Assembly: GCA_964247055.1 (NCBI GenBank)
Contig: OZ176052.1
Location: 310,001 to 374,000, forward strand
DNA: 64,000 nt
Direction of reading: 5' to 3'
From: Paragordius varius
Taxonomy: Eukaryota > Animalia > Nematomorpha
The translations under genes were made by a program, and so were the position numbers. Below are positions 39,035-49,993 of this stretch, one piece after another; the first letter of the stretch is position 1; each line of letters begins with the position of its first letter. The notes beneath the pieces are model-generated. The model was given only the letters and a program-made list of their open reading frames with translations. It was not told where the DNA came from and searched no databases.

Positions 39035-42000
39035 TTTAATTTATTAATAAACAAAAAAAAAAAAATATATATATACATGTTTTAATATATGATTGCGGTT
39101 TGTATACAGGTAAATATGAAGAAGTGCAATGCAAAGTTCACAATTTGATATGATTATATGTTAATGATTTTAATAAATGTTTATTATTTTAGTTTTTATT
39201 TTATGCTACTCTTTTACTAGTTCACCCAAAAAAAACTCCTCAGTGAGGAGAAAAAATTTGAAGGAAGGTGGGGTGAACTGGAAACCGAAGAAAAATCTCG
39301 AAGAGAGATTAAAAAACTTCGGAAGAAACCAAAGAAAAGGGGGCGCTGGAGGTTGTAGGCTCTTGGCTAGGAGCAGAAGTCGGGGTCAGAAAGGGGGGAT
39401 TTGGTTGGGGCCGGATGGTTCCGGATTTGAATTCGTGCCACAGTTCCGAGGACAAATGGATGGTAGAACTAATCATGAATCTGCGGAGGCGCGGGATATC
39501 GTTCGCACGGCATAATTTTTTTAGAACAAGGTCGTTAGGAGGATACCAAGCCCCAAGGGCTCCGACAATTAACGGTAAAACTTCGACAGTATCGTTTTCT
39601 TTTTCGAAAAAGGATATTAGGGGAGAGTATTTTGATATTTTCGCTTCATGGGAACGGGTCAGACTAGCAAACTGGTTTTCAAAAGGGACACTGGCGTCGA
39701 TAATATATAAAGCATTAGAAGATTTTAATACCAAGTCAGGCTTTAGGGGAAGGGGCGCACAAATTCGTCTTCAAATAAAATTTCAAAACCGTATTTTAAG
39801 TTATTTTTGAGGAGGGTTAGAATTCGATTATGGCGGAATCTCCACGATTGGGAATATTGGAGGCAGTGGTTAAGGATATGGGGGAGGGTCTCTGGAAACT
39901 TACCACATCGCCGACAGGAAGGGTTTTTTTGTGAGCCTGGCCTACAGTTTATTGGGAGTAGGTTAAGTCGGGCACGGTGAATGAAATTCCAATCGCTAAA
40001 GGATGTATAAAGACCAGAAGAAAGGAAATGGGAACTGGCTTTGTGATGGTGGACAGCGTCAAGGACTTTACCTTGGCTGGGTGAGTTAAGGATTTCTTTT
40101 AGGTCTTCACTTTTTATTTGGGAGGAAATGGATTTAACGATGGCTTTCCGGGAGTTGGGGTAGATGCGAAAGTTTGAGCCTTCGATGAAGATAAGATTAT
40201 CAGTAAAAACCCATTTTATATGAAGACGCGAAGAGGCCAGTCTGGATATTGAAAAAAGATTGGAAACGCCAGATGCGGGCAGGTTGGAAACGCCGGATAG
40301 GAATTCGGATAGGTCAGCTGCATTAGGAGAAGGAGTTTTAAAGCGCTGGCTAACCGTGAGTTTGAGTTCCTCTTTTGCCATTTCTGCAATAAGGGGGTCG
40401 GGACTAGTTAGGATTTTGTATGTGGAATCTATTTTATAGATATCGCATAGCGAAGAAAGGCGATTGAAACCTAGTCCCCCGGACTTTGTGTCGATATAAA
40501 AGTAAGAAGTCACTGCACCTTGGGGAAGTGAAGTCAATGATTTAAGGTTTGCGCGAAGGTGAGTGTCGATTGAGGAAAGGTCGGATTTTAGTACCGATCC
40601 CGGACGAAGTTTGTGATGGGTGGTTGGCATAATAAAAAGTTTTAAGGCGTCGCATTTTTGCCATGGAGTCAGGGAAGATGATATAATTTTGTCAATTAAA
40701 AGGTTAAAGTTTGAAAGTTTGTCTGAAGCTATCAGGAACCCAACAGGTTTTCCCAGAAAATCATGGGATTCACCATCGAGGAGGCATGGGATAGGGTGGT
40801 CGTCAATAGATAAATGAAGGGGCGCAACCCGTTGGGGTGGGGTTCGTAATTAAGGATTCGGGACTTTGATGGGTTAATTTTAATGCCAATAGAAGATAGG
40901 AAGGAGTGGGTAAGGGCAATTGCGCCTTTCAGAGAGTCGGGGCTATCAGTGATGATAGTTAGGTCGTCAGCGAAGGCCAAGGAGGTGAGGGGTCGATTGT
41001 TTAGGGCTATGATAATGGGGTTAATACACAAATTAAAGATTAGGCCGGAAAGGGGGCACCCCTGCTTGATTCCTTTAAGATAGGGGATGGGGTCGGTAAG
41101 GTTTTTATCGATTAAAAATTGGGTAGAAGAAGTAAGTAAAATAAAATTTAGAAGGCTTTCAAGGGGTGGGGGCAGGCCAAGGGACGTTAAAATTTGGGTG
41201 CAGACAGGCAGGGGAATCGAGTCGAAGACGGCGGAAACGTCCAGCCATAGAAAGATGGTCTGGTGGTTCGCTGTACGGGCCTTCGACAAGCGGTTGGAAA
41301 TGTAATAATTATGTTCCAACACGCCGTCGAAGGACCCTTTTTGTTGGGGGGCGATGAGATTGTGGAGGGCTACATGGTGGCTGAGGAATTTATAGATAAT
41401 TTTAGCAAAGATTCGATAAATTATATTAGAAATGGCGATGGGGCGAAAATTGGAGGGGTCGGAAGTGTCGCCTTTTTTATGAATTAAGATGGAAAAAGAT
41501 TGAAGCCATGCTTTGGGGACGGTTTGGAGTAGAAGGCATGTTTCAAAGACCTTGGAAATAATCAGGAAGTTGGGGTCTATAAGGCGCCAATGAGAGGCGG
41601 ACATACGGTCAGGGCCGGGCGTAGAATTTAAGCAGGCGTTGAGAGAGCTACTTATTAACTCTTTAGAGAATTCTGGAAATGGCATAGTTGGAGGGGGAGT
41701 GATATTGGGTATAGAATCAGGGGTATAATCAGAGGGGCCAAACCGGTTTTTAAAAAAGGAAAAAACATCATTTAAGGAACCACTGCACCTAGATGGATTG
41801 GGATCAATTATGGAGCGGATGGCTTTCTTTTTATTTTTATTATACAAGCGGCGGAGATTAAGTTGGGGCATGCCATGGGATATAGGGTTTTCGAGTTTGA
41901 GACTGACTCTTGCTTCAAAGATTAGTTCGTCGTACACAGAGTTGAATTCCTGGGCATTTGTGACGGAGGAAAGACGTTCAATTAATTAAGTGAGTGACGA

Positions 42001-42594
42001 TCTGATGTTGTTGTAGTCAGGTCTGTTAGATGGCCGACTAGAAGAATTGGTGGAGACTCTTGTGGGTTCATCAGGTGTATTATCAGCAGTAGGAGGGTGA
42101 GTGAGTGACGATCTGATGTTGTTGTAGTCAGGTCTGTTAGATGGCCGACTAGAAGAATTGGTGGAGACTCTTGTGGGTTCATCAGGTGTATTATCAGCAG
42201 TAGGAGGGTGTTGATTGGTGGGGGGTAGTTGTTTGATATTCGTCTTTGTTCTCTTCATCGTACGTTTGGGTGGTAAACGGCTGTTGTTTGGGAGGATTAG
42301 ACTCATCAGTGGGATTGGATCTGCATTGGTTTGGTTATTATTGTTACGATTGGCGTGAGGACTATCTGAGATGTTTTTAGTATTACTATTGTTGTGTTCT
42401 CGCCTGATGGTATTGAGTTTTTCTTGATGGTGGATAATACGCGGATACCTGTTGTTGGGGACATCAGAATTGGTACGATTGTGGAAGTTATCATTAGGGG
42501 TGTCAACGTGGCTGTTATCTTTGTGTCCATTGGTTGTTTTGTTCACAGATAAAACCTCGTAACGGTTGCTCAAATCAATCGTTGGGTTGTTCAT
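39035..42594 (-). mobile_element. Utopia-like lineage C, left (inverted) arm: linker, RT, CCHC, RLE, 3' UTR
   Basis: ORFs 41986-42630, 40732-41937, 39743-40630 and 39309-39734 mirror the plus-strand ORFs at 44727-47736. Confidence 0.9.
41990..42210. repeat. 111-bp in-frame tandem duplication (two copies)
   Basis: gtgagtgacgatctgatg...aggagggtg starts at 41990 and 42101; the right arm has a single copy. Confidence 0.95.
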
Positions 42595-42624
42595 CTCGGC
42601 CTCTTGGCTAAGATCAAAGTGTCG
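42594..42624 (+). pseudogene. U2: U2 snRNA 5' fragment (nt 7-37)
   Basis: TCTCGGCCTCTTGGCTAAGATCAAAGTGTcG; identical to 53705-53735 (minus) except at nt 36. Confidence 0.9.
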
Positions 42625-43703
42625 AAGCAAATTCTTTATATTACATCCATCTATTATATTATTAAATTCAAATTATCATATCTCATTTAATCCAATCACT
42701 ATACATATTACATCATCGATCATTATCTTAATCATCATCTAATTCCCTTCGGCTATATCGCATAAGCTACACACTTTTCGCGCGGTCTCGTGACCCATCC
42801 TTCCGCCCTTACTTCTGTGTTTATTCTTTTGAAACTTTGTTATTCCTTCGAAACTTTGTATATATCCTTGGAAAATTTTTATTAAATATTATTCTTTACA
42901 TTCATTAGTTTGATTATATCCGTCTTAATTCAATTCATAAATTTTATTAATTCTCAAAACTTTAATTTGGAAAACTTACCAATTTTATCTTTAACCCTAC
43001 TCCTATCACATTCTGTCAACTCCCTCTAAAAACAGCATATTTGCGGAAATTTTAACGAATTCATTATTCCACTTTTTTGCATCGGATCTCTGATTGTCAA
43101 TCTTCTGCATCTCATACAATCCGGATTAATTAATCCTCGCAACTTTAACTTGGAAAGCCTACCAATTTTATCTTTAACCTCTCACCTAATACATTTTCTC
43201 AACTCTCCAAAAGCAAACTCGCGGAAATCTTAACTAATTTACTTGAAAATTTATCCCTGGTTGTCACACCTCTGTTTTATCTGTCTCCTATACAATCCGG
43301 AAAATTTCTTCGTGAAAATAACAACACACTCAAGCCCGAAATCTAATGAATTCAAAATTTTATTTACACCACCCATCACTTGGTTCTTTAATAAGCTCAC
43401 TTTTATATGGTATACATAACGCTATTTAATCTATGGTAAATGATATTTTATTAATTTTCCTTACTTTTTTTTATTATAATTCCTACTTAATCACCTTTGT
43501 TATTGATTTTTATATATACCCATCATCTGTACACACTTTATTTTGAAATCTCTAATTATACATATCGCTCATTTTTATTTATTTTTTTTTAATGGATATT
43601 TTATACTTTATCACATATCTCCCCCTTTTTTTGATATTCTTACCCCGACTCCTTCCCACAACATACATATTTATCTTAATGTCATTTTAATTTAATTACT
43701 CAA

Positions 43704-45227
43704 ATGTCCAAACCGGAAAGAGACAATAATTCTTTATTTATTTCATTCCCGATCCCCCAAACGTTTTTTTGCTCGGAAACAGGATGCCCTGCATCTTTCT
43801 CGGGCCATGAATGGTACATCTCGCGTCACTCTCTTCTGCCCCATTTAAGAATAAATCATAATATTTTTATTACAAAAGTTTTCAAATTCTGCTCGCTTTG
43901 TAGACAGTATATATCTTCTAAACCGTCTCGCCACCCCTGTCTTAAGGATAGAGTTATGTTAAAAAATTCTAATAACCCTTTCAAATGCCGTCTCTGTCCT
44001 GAATCCTTCCCCAGCAATCAAGGTTTGGCAAACCATACTTACATGCATAAAAAGGCTTCTCTCGGTTTTAACAGCTACCTTAATCGACAATCCCAGCAGC
44101 AACCTTGGCGTATCCACCCAGTCTCTCCACTCATATCCCGTGCCCCTTTTCACTGGTCACCCCCACTGAGGCGGTCCCCCGTTCTTATACCATGGAGTCC
44201 CCATCCTCCGAACGCCAGACCAACTTACGCTCAGGCCTTAAATTCACAACTTCCAACAACATCTAATCTCCAGCTCTACTCTCCAAATTCACTTTCAGTC
44301 ACTCCGACTAATTCATCGCACTTGGTTTCACATGCTCATCACACCCCTCCCAGCCAACGAATATCTCACAATCTAGGTCACCTACCTTCCTCACGCAGTC
44401 AATATCCTCCACTTGTCACTCGCAATCCCCAATCCTCAAAAAATTTTACTCCAATCCAACGAGTTCCAATAGCATCCTTTAATAATCTCATGATGACCCC
44501 ACCAAGAAATCCACGAAATATTCCCTCACTCATGAGTCTATCACTTCCACCTCTCTACAAGTATCGCGAATCTCCATACATGTCATCACCCGTCAAAAAC
44601 CATCCATCAAGCTGTCCTCCTAAACCTTGTCTCATGACATCAGCTCCCAGTTTACACAATCAATCCTCACCCAAAACTCCACCGGCTAAAAGAGCTAGAC
44701 ACTCTCCAGCTTGGTTAAAACGGCGCATGAACAACTTAACCTTGATTGATTTGAGCAACCGTTACGAGGTTTTATCTGTGAACAAAACAACCAATGGACA
44801 CAAAGATAACAGCCACGTTGACACCCCTAATGATAACTTCCACAATCGTACCAATTCTGATGTCCCCAACAACAGGTATCCGCGTATTATCCACCATCAA
44901 GAAAAACTCAATACCATCAGGCGAGAACACAACAATAGTAATACTAAAAACATCTCAGATAGTCCTCACGCCAATCGTAACAATAATAACCAAACCAATG
45001 CAGATCCAATCCCACTGATGAGTCTAATCCTCCCAAACAACAGCCGTTTACCACCCAAACGTACGATGAAGAGAACAAAGACGAATATCAAACAACTACC
45101 CCCCACCAATCAACACCCTCCTACTGCTGATAATACACCTGATGAACCCACAAGAGTCTCCACCAATTCTTCTAGTCGGCCATCTAACAGACCTGACTAC
45201 AACAACATCAGATCGTCACTCACTTAA
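43704..45227 (+). CDS. Lineage C polyprotein N-terminus: three zinc fingers plus a long P/S/N/T-rich linker; ends at an in-frame TAA
   Basis: CSETGC...HLRINH, CSLC...HPC and CRLC...HTYMH; the next ORF (45276) continues in the same frame. Confidence 0.8.
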   Translation: MSKPERDNNSLFISFPIPQTFFCSETGCPASFSGHEWYISRHSLLPHLRINHNIFITKVFKFCSLCRQYISSKPSRHPCLKDRVMLKNSNNPFKCRLCPESFPSNQGLANHTYMHKKASLGFNSYLNRQSQQQPWRIHPVSPLISRAPFHWSPPLRRSPVLIPWSPHPPNARPTYAQALNSQLPTTSNLQLYSPNSLSVTPTNSSHLVSHAHHTPPSQRISHNLGHLPSSRSQYPPLVTRNPQSSKNFTPIQRVPIASFNNLMMTPPRNPRNIPSLMSLSLPPLYKYRESPYMSSPVKNHPSSCPPKPCLMTSAPSLHNQSSPKTPPAKRARHSPAWLKRRMNNLTLIDLSNRYEVLSVNKTTNGHKDNSHVDTPNDNFHNRTNSDVPNNRYPRIIHHQEKLNTIRREHNNSNTKNISDSPHANRNNNNQTNADPIPLMSLILPNNSRLPPKRTMKRTKTNIKQLPPTNQHPPTADNTPDEPTRVSTNSSSRPSNRPDYNNIRSSLT

Positions 45228-45275
45228 TTAATTGAACGTCTTTCCTCCGTCACAAATGCCCAGGAATTCAACTCT

Positions 45276-46481
45276 GTGTACGACGAACTAATCTTTGAAG
45301 CAAGAGTCAGTCTCAAACTCGAAAACCCTATATCCCATGGCATGCCCCAACTTAATCTCCGCCGCTTGTATAATAAAAATAAAAAGAAAGCCATCCGCTC
45401 CATAATTGATCCCAATCCATCTAGGTGCAGTGCTTCCTTAAATGATGTTTTTTCCTTTTTTAAAAACCGGTTTGGCCCCTCTGATTATACCCCTGATTCT
45501 ATACCCAATATCACTCCCCCTCCAACTATGCCATTTCCAGAATTCTCTAAAGAGTTAATAAGTAGCTCTCTCAACGCCTGCTTAAATTCTACGCCCGGCC
45601 CTGACCGTATGTCCGCCTCTCATTGGCGCCTTATAGACCCCAACTTCCTGATTATTTCCAAGGTCTTTGAAACATGCCTTCTACTCCAAACCGTCCCCAA
45701 AGCATGGCTTCAATCTTTTTCCATCTTAATTCATAAAAAAGGCGACACTTCCGACCCCTCCAATTTTCGCCCCATCGCCATTTCTAATATAATTTATCGA
45801 ATCTTTGCTAAAATTATCTATAAATTCCTCAGCCACCATGTAGCCCTCCACAATCTCATCGCCCCCCAACAAAAAGGGTCCTTCGACGGCGTGTTGGAAC
45901 ATAATTATTACATTTCCAACCGCTTGTCGAAGGCCCGTACAGCGAACCACCAGACCATCTTTCTATGGCTGGACGTTTCCGCCGTCTTCGACTCGATTCC
46001 CCTGCCTGTCTGCACCCAAATTTTAACGTCCCTTGGCCTGCCCCCACCCCTTGAAAGCCTTCTAAATTTTATTTTACTTACTTCTTCTACCCAATTTTTA
46101 ATCGATAAAAACCTTACCGACCCCATCCCCTATCTTAAAGGAATCAAGCAGGGGTGCCCCCTTTCCGGCCTAATCTTTAATTTGTGTATTAACCCCATTA
46201 TCATAGCCCTAAACAATCGACCCCTCACCTCCTTGGCCTTCGCTGACGACCTAACTATCATCACTGATAGCCCCGACTCTCTGAAAGGCGCAATTGCCCT
46301 TACCCACTCCTTCCTATCTTCTATTGGCATTAAAATTAACCCATCAAAGTCCCGAATCCTTAATTACGAACCCCACCCCAACGGGTTGCGCCCCTTCATT
46401 TATCTATTGACGACCACCCTATCCCATGCCTCCTCGATGGTGAATCCCATGATTTTCTGGGAAAACCTGTTGGGTTCCTGA
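45276..46481 (+). CDS. Lineage C reverse transcriptase (frameshifted near its end)
   Basis: TPGPD, KKGDTSDPSNFRPIAI, WLDVSAVFDSI, KQGCPLS and LAFADD. Confidence 0.9.
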   Translation: MYDELIFEARVSLKLENPISHGMPQLNLRRLYNKNKKKAIRSIIDPNPSRCSASLNDVFSFFKNRFGPSDYTPDSIPNITPPPTMPFPEFSKELISSSLNACLNSTPGPDRMSASHWRLIDPNFLIISKVFETCLLLQTVPKAWLQSFSILIHKKGDTSDPSNFRPIAISNIIYRIFAKIIYKFLSHHVALHNLIAPQQKGSFDGVLEHNYYISNRLSKARTANHQTIFLWLDVSAVFDSIPLPVCTQILTSLGLPPPLESLLNFILLTSSTQFLIDKNLTDPIPYLKGIKQGCPLSGLIFNLCINPIIIALNNRPLTSLAFADDLTIITDSPDSLKGAIALTHSFLSSIGIKINPSKSRILNYEPHPNGLRPFIYLLTTTLSHASSMVNPMIFWENLLGS

Positions 46482-46582
46482 TAGCTTCAGACAAACTTTC
46501 AAACTTTAACCTTTTAATTGACAAAATTATATCATCTTCCCTGACTCCATGGCAAAAATGCGACGCCTTAAAACTTTTTATT

Positions 46583-47467
46583 ATGCCAACCACCCATCAC
46601 AAACTTCGTCCGGGATCGGTACTAAAATCCGACCTTTCCATCGACACTCACCTTCGCGCAAACCTTAAATCATTGACTTCACTTCCCCAAGGTGCAGCGA
46701 CTGCTTACTTTTATATCGACACAAATTCCGGGGGACTAGGTTTCAATCGCCTTTCTTCCCTATGCGATATCTATAAAATAGATTCCACATACAAAATCCT
46801 AACTAGTCCCGACCCCCTTATTGCAGAAATGGCAAAAGAGGAACTTAAACTCACGGTTAGCCAGCGCTTTAAAACTCCTTCTCCTAATGCAGCTGACCTA
46901 TCCGAATTCCTATCCGGCGTTTCCAACCTGCCCGCATCTGGCGTTTCCAATCTTTTTTCAATATCCAGACTGGCCTCTTCGCGTCTTCATATAAAATGGG
47001 TTTTTACTGATAATCTTATCTTCATCGAAGGCTCAAACTTTCGCATCTACCCCAACTCCCGGAAAGCCATCGTTAAATCCATTTCCTCCCAAATAAAAAG
47101 TGAAGACCTAAAAGAAATCCTTAACTCACCCAGCCAAGGTAAAGTCCTTGACGCTGTCCACCATCACAAAGCCAGTTCCCATTTCCTTTCTTCTGGTCTT
47201 TATACATCCTTTAGCGATTGGAATTTCATTCACCGTGCCCGACTTAACCTACTCCCAATAAACTGTAGGCCAGGCTCACAAAAAAACCCTTCCTGTCGGC
47301 GATGTGGTAAGTTTCCAGAGACCCTCCCCCATATCCTTAACCACTGCCTCCAATATTCCCAATCGTGGAGATTCCGCCATAATCGAATTCTAACCCTCCT
47401 CAAAAATAACTTAAAATACGGTTTTGAAATTTTATTTGAAGACGAATTTGTGCGCCCCTTCCCCTAA
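46583..47467 (+). CDS. Lineage C thumb plus CCHC knuckle
   Basis: YFYIDTNSGGLG, FIHRARLNLL and CRRCGKFPETLPHILNHC. Confidence 0.85.
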   Translation: MPTTHHKLRPGSVLKSDLSIDTHLRANLKSLTSLPQGAATAYFYIDTNSGGLGFNRLSSLCDIYKIDSTYKILTSPDPLIAEMAKEELKLTVSQRFKTPSPNAADLSEFLSGVSNLPASGVSNLFSISRLASSRLHIKWVFTDNLIFIEGSNFRIYPNSRKAIVKSISSQIKSEDLKEILNSPSQGKVLDAVHHHKASSHFLSSGLYTSFSDWNFIHRARLNLLPINCRPGSQKNPSCRRCGKFPETLPHILNHCLQYSQSWRFRHNRILTLLKNNLKYGFEILFEDEFVRPFP

Positions 47468-47475
47468 AGCCTGAC

Positions 47476-47736
47476 TTGGTATTAAAATCTTCTAATGCTT
47501 TATATATTATCGACGCCAGTGTCCCTTTTGAAAACCAGTTTGCTAGTCTGACCCGTTCCCATGAAGCGAAAATATCAAAATACTCTCCCCTAATACCCTT
47601 TTTCGAAAAAGAAAACGATACTGTCGAAGTTTTACCGTTAATTGTCGGAACCCTTGGGGCTTGGTATCCTCCTAACGACCTTGTTCAAAAAAAATATGCC
47701 GTGCGAACGATATTCCGCGACACATATTTTACCTAA
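47476..47736 (+). CDS. Lineage C restriction-like endonuclease fragment
   Basis: (K)PDL...YIIDASVPFE...KISKY...LPLIVGTLGAW. Confidence 0.8.
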   Translation: MVLKSSNALYIIDASVPFENQFASLTRSHEAKISKYSPLIPFFEKENDTVEVLPLIVGTLGAWYPPNDLVQKKYAVRTIFRDTYFT

Positions 47737-49209
47737 TCATGAAGACAAAAGAATTTATTCTAAATTCTGATGTGATAGAAATGTTCAGCATGATCGAATT
47801 ATAGAAAAAGTATATTAATGTCTTAAAGCGTTCAGTTTTCTTAATGCAAAATAGCTTGAAGTACCCATCAACAAAATTTTGCAAAATTATAATTTTAAAA
47901 ATGTATGCGTTTTTTAATTTTTAGCTAATTAGCATATATTTTGAATATTTTATACAGCAGCATGTTTGCGTTTATAAGAAACTCCCATTTACCTAATTCC
48001 AAAAATGAGACTTTCGGAGTTCACATCAAAAAATTAAATGCCTATAATATTTTGCATTTTATTAGTTTATTATATATTTTAGTGATATGTTTTGGAAGCA
48101 TTTATCTTTCATAAAAAAATTTTTTTAGCAATATTTTTAGCGAATTTTGCCATTTTATGACCTGAAACTCTTGCCATAAAAGTGTAAACCATCTTAAACA
48201 CGTGTAAATCCTAAAACCAACCGTTCCTGATACATTATTCTATCGGAATATATAAAAAATAAAAATACTTTCTTTTGAAGACGAAATTACAGGCGATATA
48301 TATATTTCATCAGCTTATCTTATAATACAGGACAATGTTTGATTTAATTTTTTAACTAAAATAGTTTTTAAAACATTATAGTTAAAAGATTGAGCTCTGG
48401 GATATGTAACGTCCCTTATACATCGCGGACAAAAAAGTTAAAACGTCATAAGTTCAAATTTAATTTATAAGGTTTAAATGCGCTGACAAAATTAACCAAA
48501 AATATATAAATCTATATTTAACAAAATTAAATATTATTTTATGGCAATTATATATATTTTAAACGTTAAATGCTGTTGTGGTACTTTACTCCACATCATG
48601 ATTTTATTTTTATTTTTTAATTCTAAATTTATTTTACAAATAATACATATTTTCAACACCTTATACCATTTTTTTATCATCGCGCATTTCTTTCAATATT
48701 TAATTATTTAAATCAATCACTATTATCCCTATTTTTATAATAAATTTATTGTTTCGCTAGATTTATTAAATTTATCAAGTAAGTTCATGAGATACATCGT
48801 TGTAATATTTGTTTATATTTATTTTTAAACCCCATAAAAATTTAATTTCAATTTTTCTACGAATATTATTTGCATTTTATTTTTTAGTACTACTTAATTA
48901 TTATTCACTCAAGTATGTTTGTCATTTTGTTACCATATTTAACATCACAACTTATATTTTTTGGTCCATAATGTTATTTTTATTTTTGGAGATTTGGTTC
49001 GGTTCCTGGTATAAGTACAATAGTGGCCTGATATCGATACATATTACTAAAATTGTTTAAACATTTTTAACATATACCCTCTTTTCATTACTCTATAATA
49101 TCAAATTCACAACCTTATCATTATTTTATAAACTTTTCAATTTTTTTATAAAATTTGTTCAAATTATCTGTTTAAATAAAAAGGTTTCTAAATTGATTTT
49201 AATGATTGT
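47720..49209. repeat. Third copy of the U2 downstream flank (paralog of ~36770-38880, without the MITE)
   Basis: Begins acacatattttacctaatcatgaagac as at ~29750 and ~36770; carries the empty TTAA site. Confidence 0.85.
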
Positions 49210-49363
49210 GTTTGGGCCACTCCTGGAGGTACTGCAATACCAGGTTGACCCGATGGGGAGGGATAGGCAAGCCCAGAGCGCCTCTCCAAAATCTCCAAAA
49301 ATAAATTTAATATCATGGACCTCTTTAGAGGTCGTATCAGATATTAAGCTGATAAGAACAGAT
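49210..49363 (-). pseudogene. U2: U2 snRNA 3' half (nt 39 to end), right junction of the full-length element
   Basis: taaataaattca|ATCTGTTCTTATCAGCTTAATATCTGATACG...CCAGGAGTGGCCCAAAC. Confidence 0.95.
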
Positions 49364-49496
49364 TGAATTTATTTAAATATATATTTGTGTGACATCACAT
49401 TATATTATATAATTATAGAAAAAGAAGATTGCAAACACGAAAATACTGCAAATTGAGTGTATGTTATAATACTGAAAATAAATTCTTTATATAATT

Positions 49497-49934
49497 TTAA
49501 GATTTTTTGATAAAAGGGGGTGGTGTATTACCTACATAGTCATTTGAGATAAAAGAACTCCATATTTCAGAACTATAGAATATAGTAGTGCTCACCATTT
49601 GCTTGCGAATTCTCTGTGCATCTATGGATGAGCAAAGTTTATTAAGTATGATATCATTTTTGGGGTACCATGCACCTAAAGCTCCGACGACTAGTGGGAG
49701 AATTTGGACCGTTTTATATTGGAATTCTAATTGAGGAATGAGAGCTTCATATTTATCAATTTTTTTGTTATAAGCATCTGTCAGGGACTGATATCTGTTT
49801 TCGAAGGGACAGACAGCATCTACTATGTAGCAGTTGCCTTTGTTAATTAGGATTAAGTCTGGTTTTAATGGTAAGTGTGTTATGTAAGTGTTTTCATGTT
49901 GTATTATGGTGTCGCTTGTTAAATGATTTTTCAA
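49497..49934 (-). CDS. RLE endonuclease domain of the lineage A element
   Basis: LKPDLILINKGNCYIVDAVCPFE...KKIDKYE...LPLVVGALGAW; separated from the main ORF by a 1-nt loss (~50005) and TGG>TAA (~49965). Confidence 0.88.
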   Translation of the reverse strand: MKNHLTSDTIIQHENTYITHLPLKPDLILINKGNCYIVDAVCPFENRYQSLTDAYNKKIDKYEALIPQLEFQYKTVQILPLVVGALGAWYPKNDIILNKLCSSIDAQRIRKQMVSTTIFYSSEIWSSFISNDYVGNTPPPFIKKS

Positions 49935-49993
49935 TATGTCTAAACAAGCGTTGTGTCGCCTAATTTAGTGTGGAGAGTATCGAAGGCAATGAT

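Larger units (their letters stand above)
34355..39250. repeat. Segmental duplication unit 2
   Basis: Colinear with 27280-32895 but lacks the 31287-32007 insertion. Confidence 0.9.
42625..47719 (+). mobile_element. Utopia-like lineage C, right arm: complete 5' UTR and ORF, 3' end deleted
   Basis: Follows the U2 5' fragment; ~1.08-kb 5' UTR; ZnF-RT-CCHC-RLE coding region; breaks into flank sequence at 47720. Confidence 0.9.

Noticed and set aside
39177-46593. Many 60-130 aa ORFs antisense to or overlapping the retroelement ORFs
   Set aside because: They are shadows of the RT/RLE frames, duplicated only because of the palindrome, and have no independent motifs.
39035-47719. L1-style twin-priming inversion as the cause of the palindrome
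   Set aside because: Twin priming gives non-overlapping inverted parts; here ~3 kb is present in both arms.
5448-49363. CRISPR-like reading of the recurring 150-nt units
   Set aside because: The units are U2 snRNA halves kilobases apart in eukaryotic DNA, with no repeat-spacer array and no cas genes.
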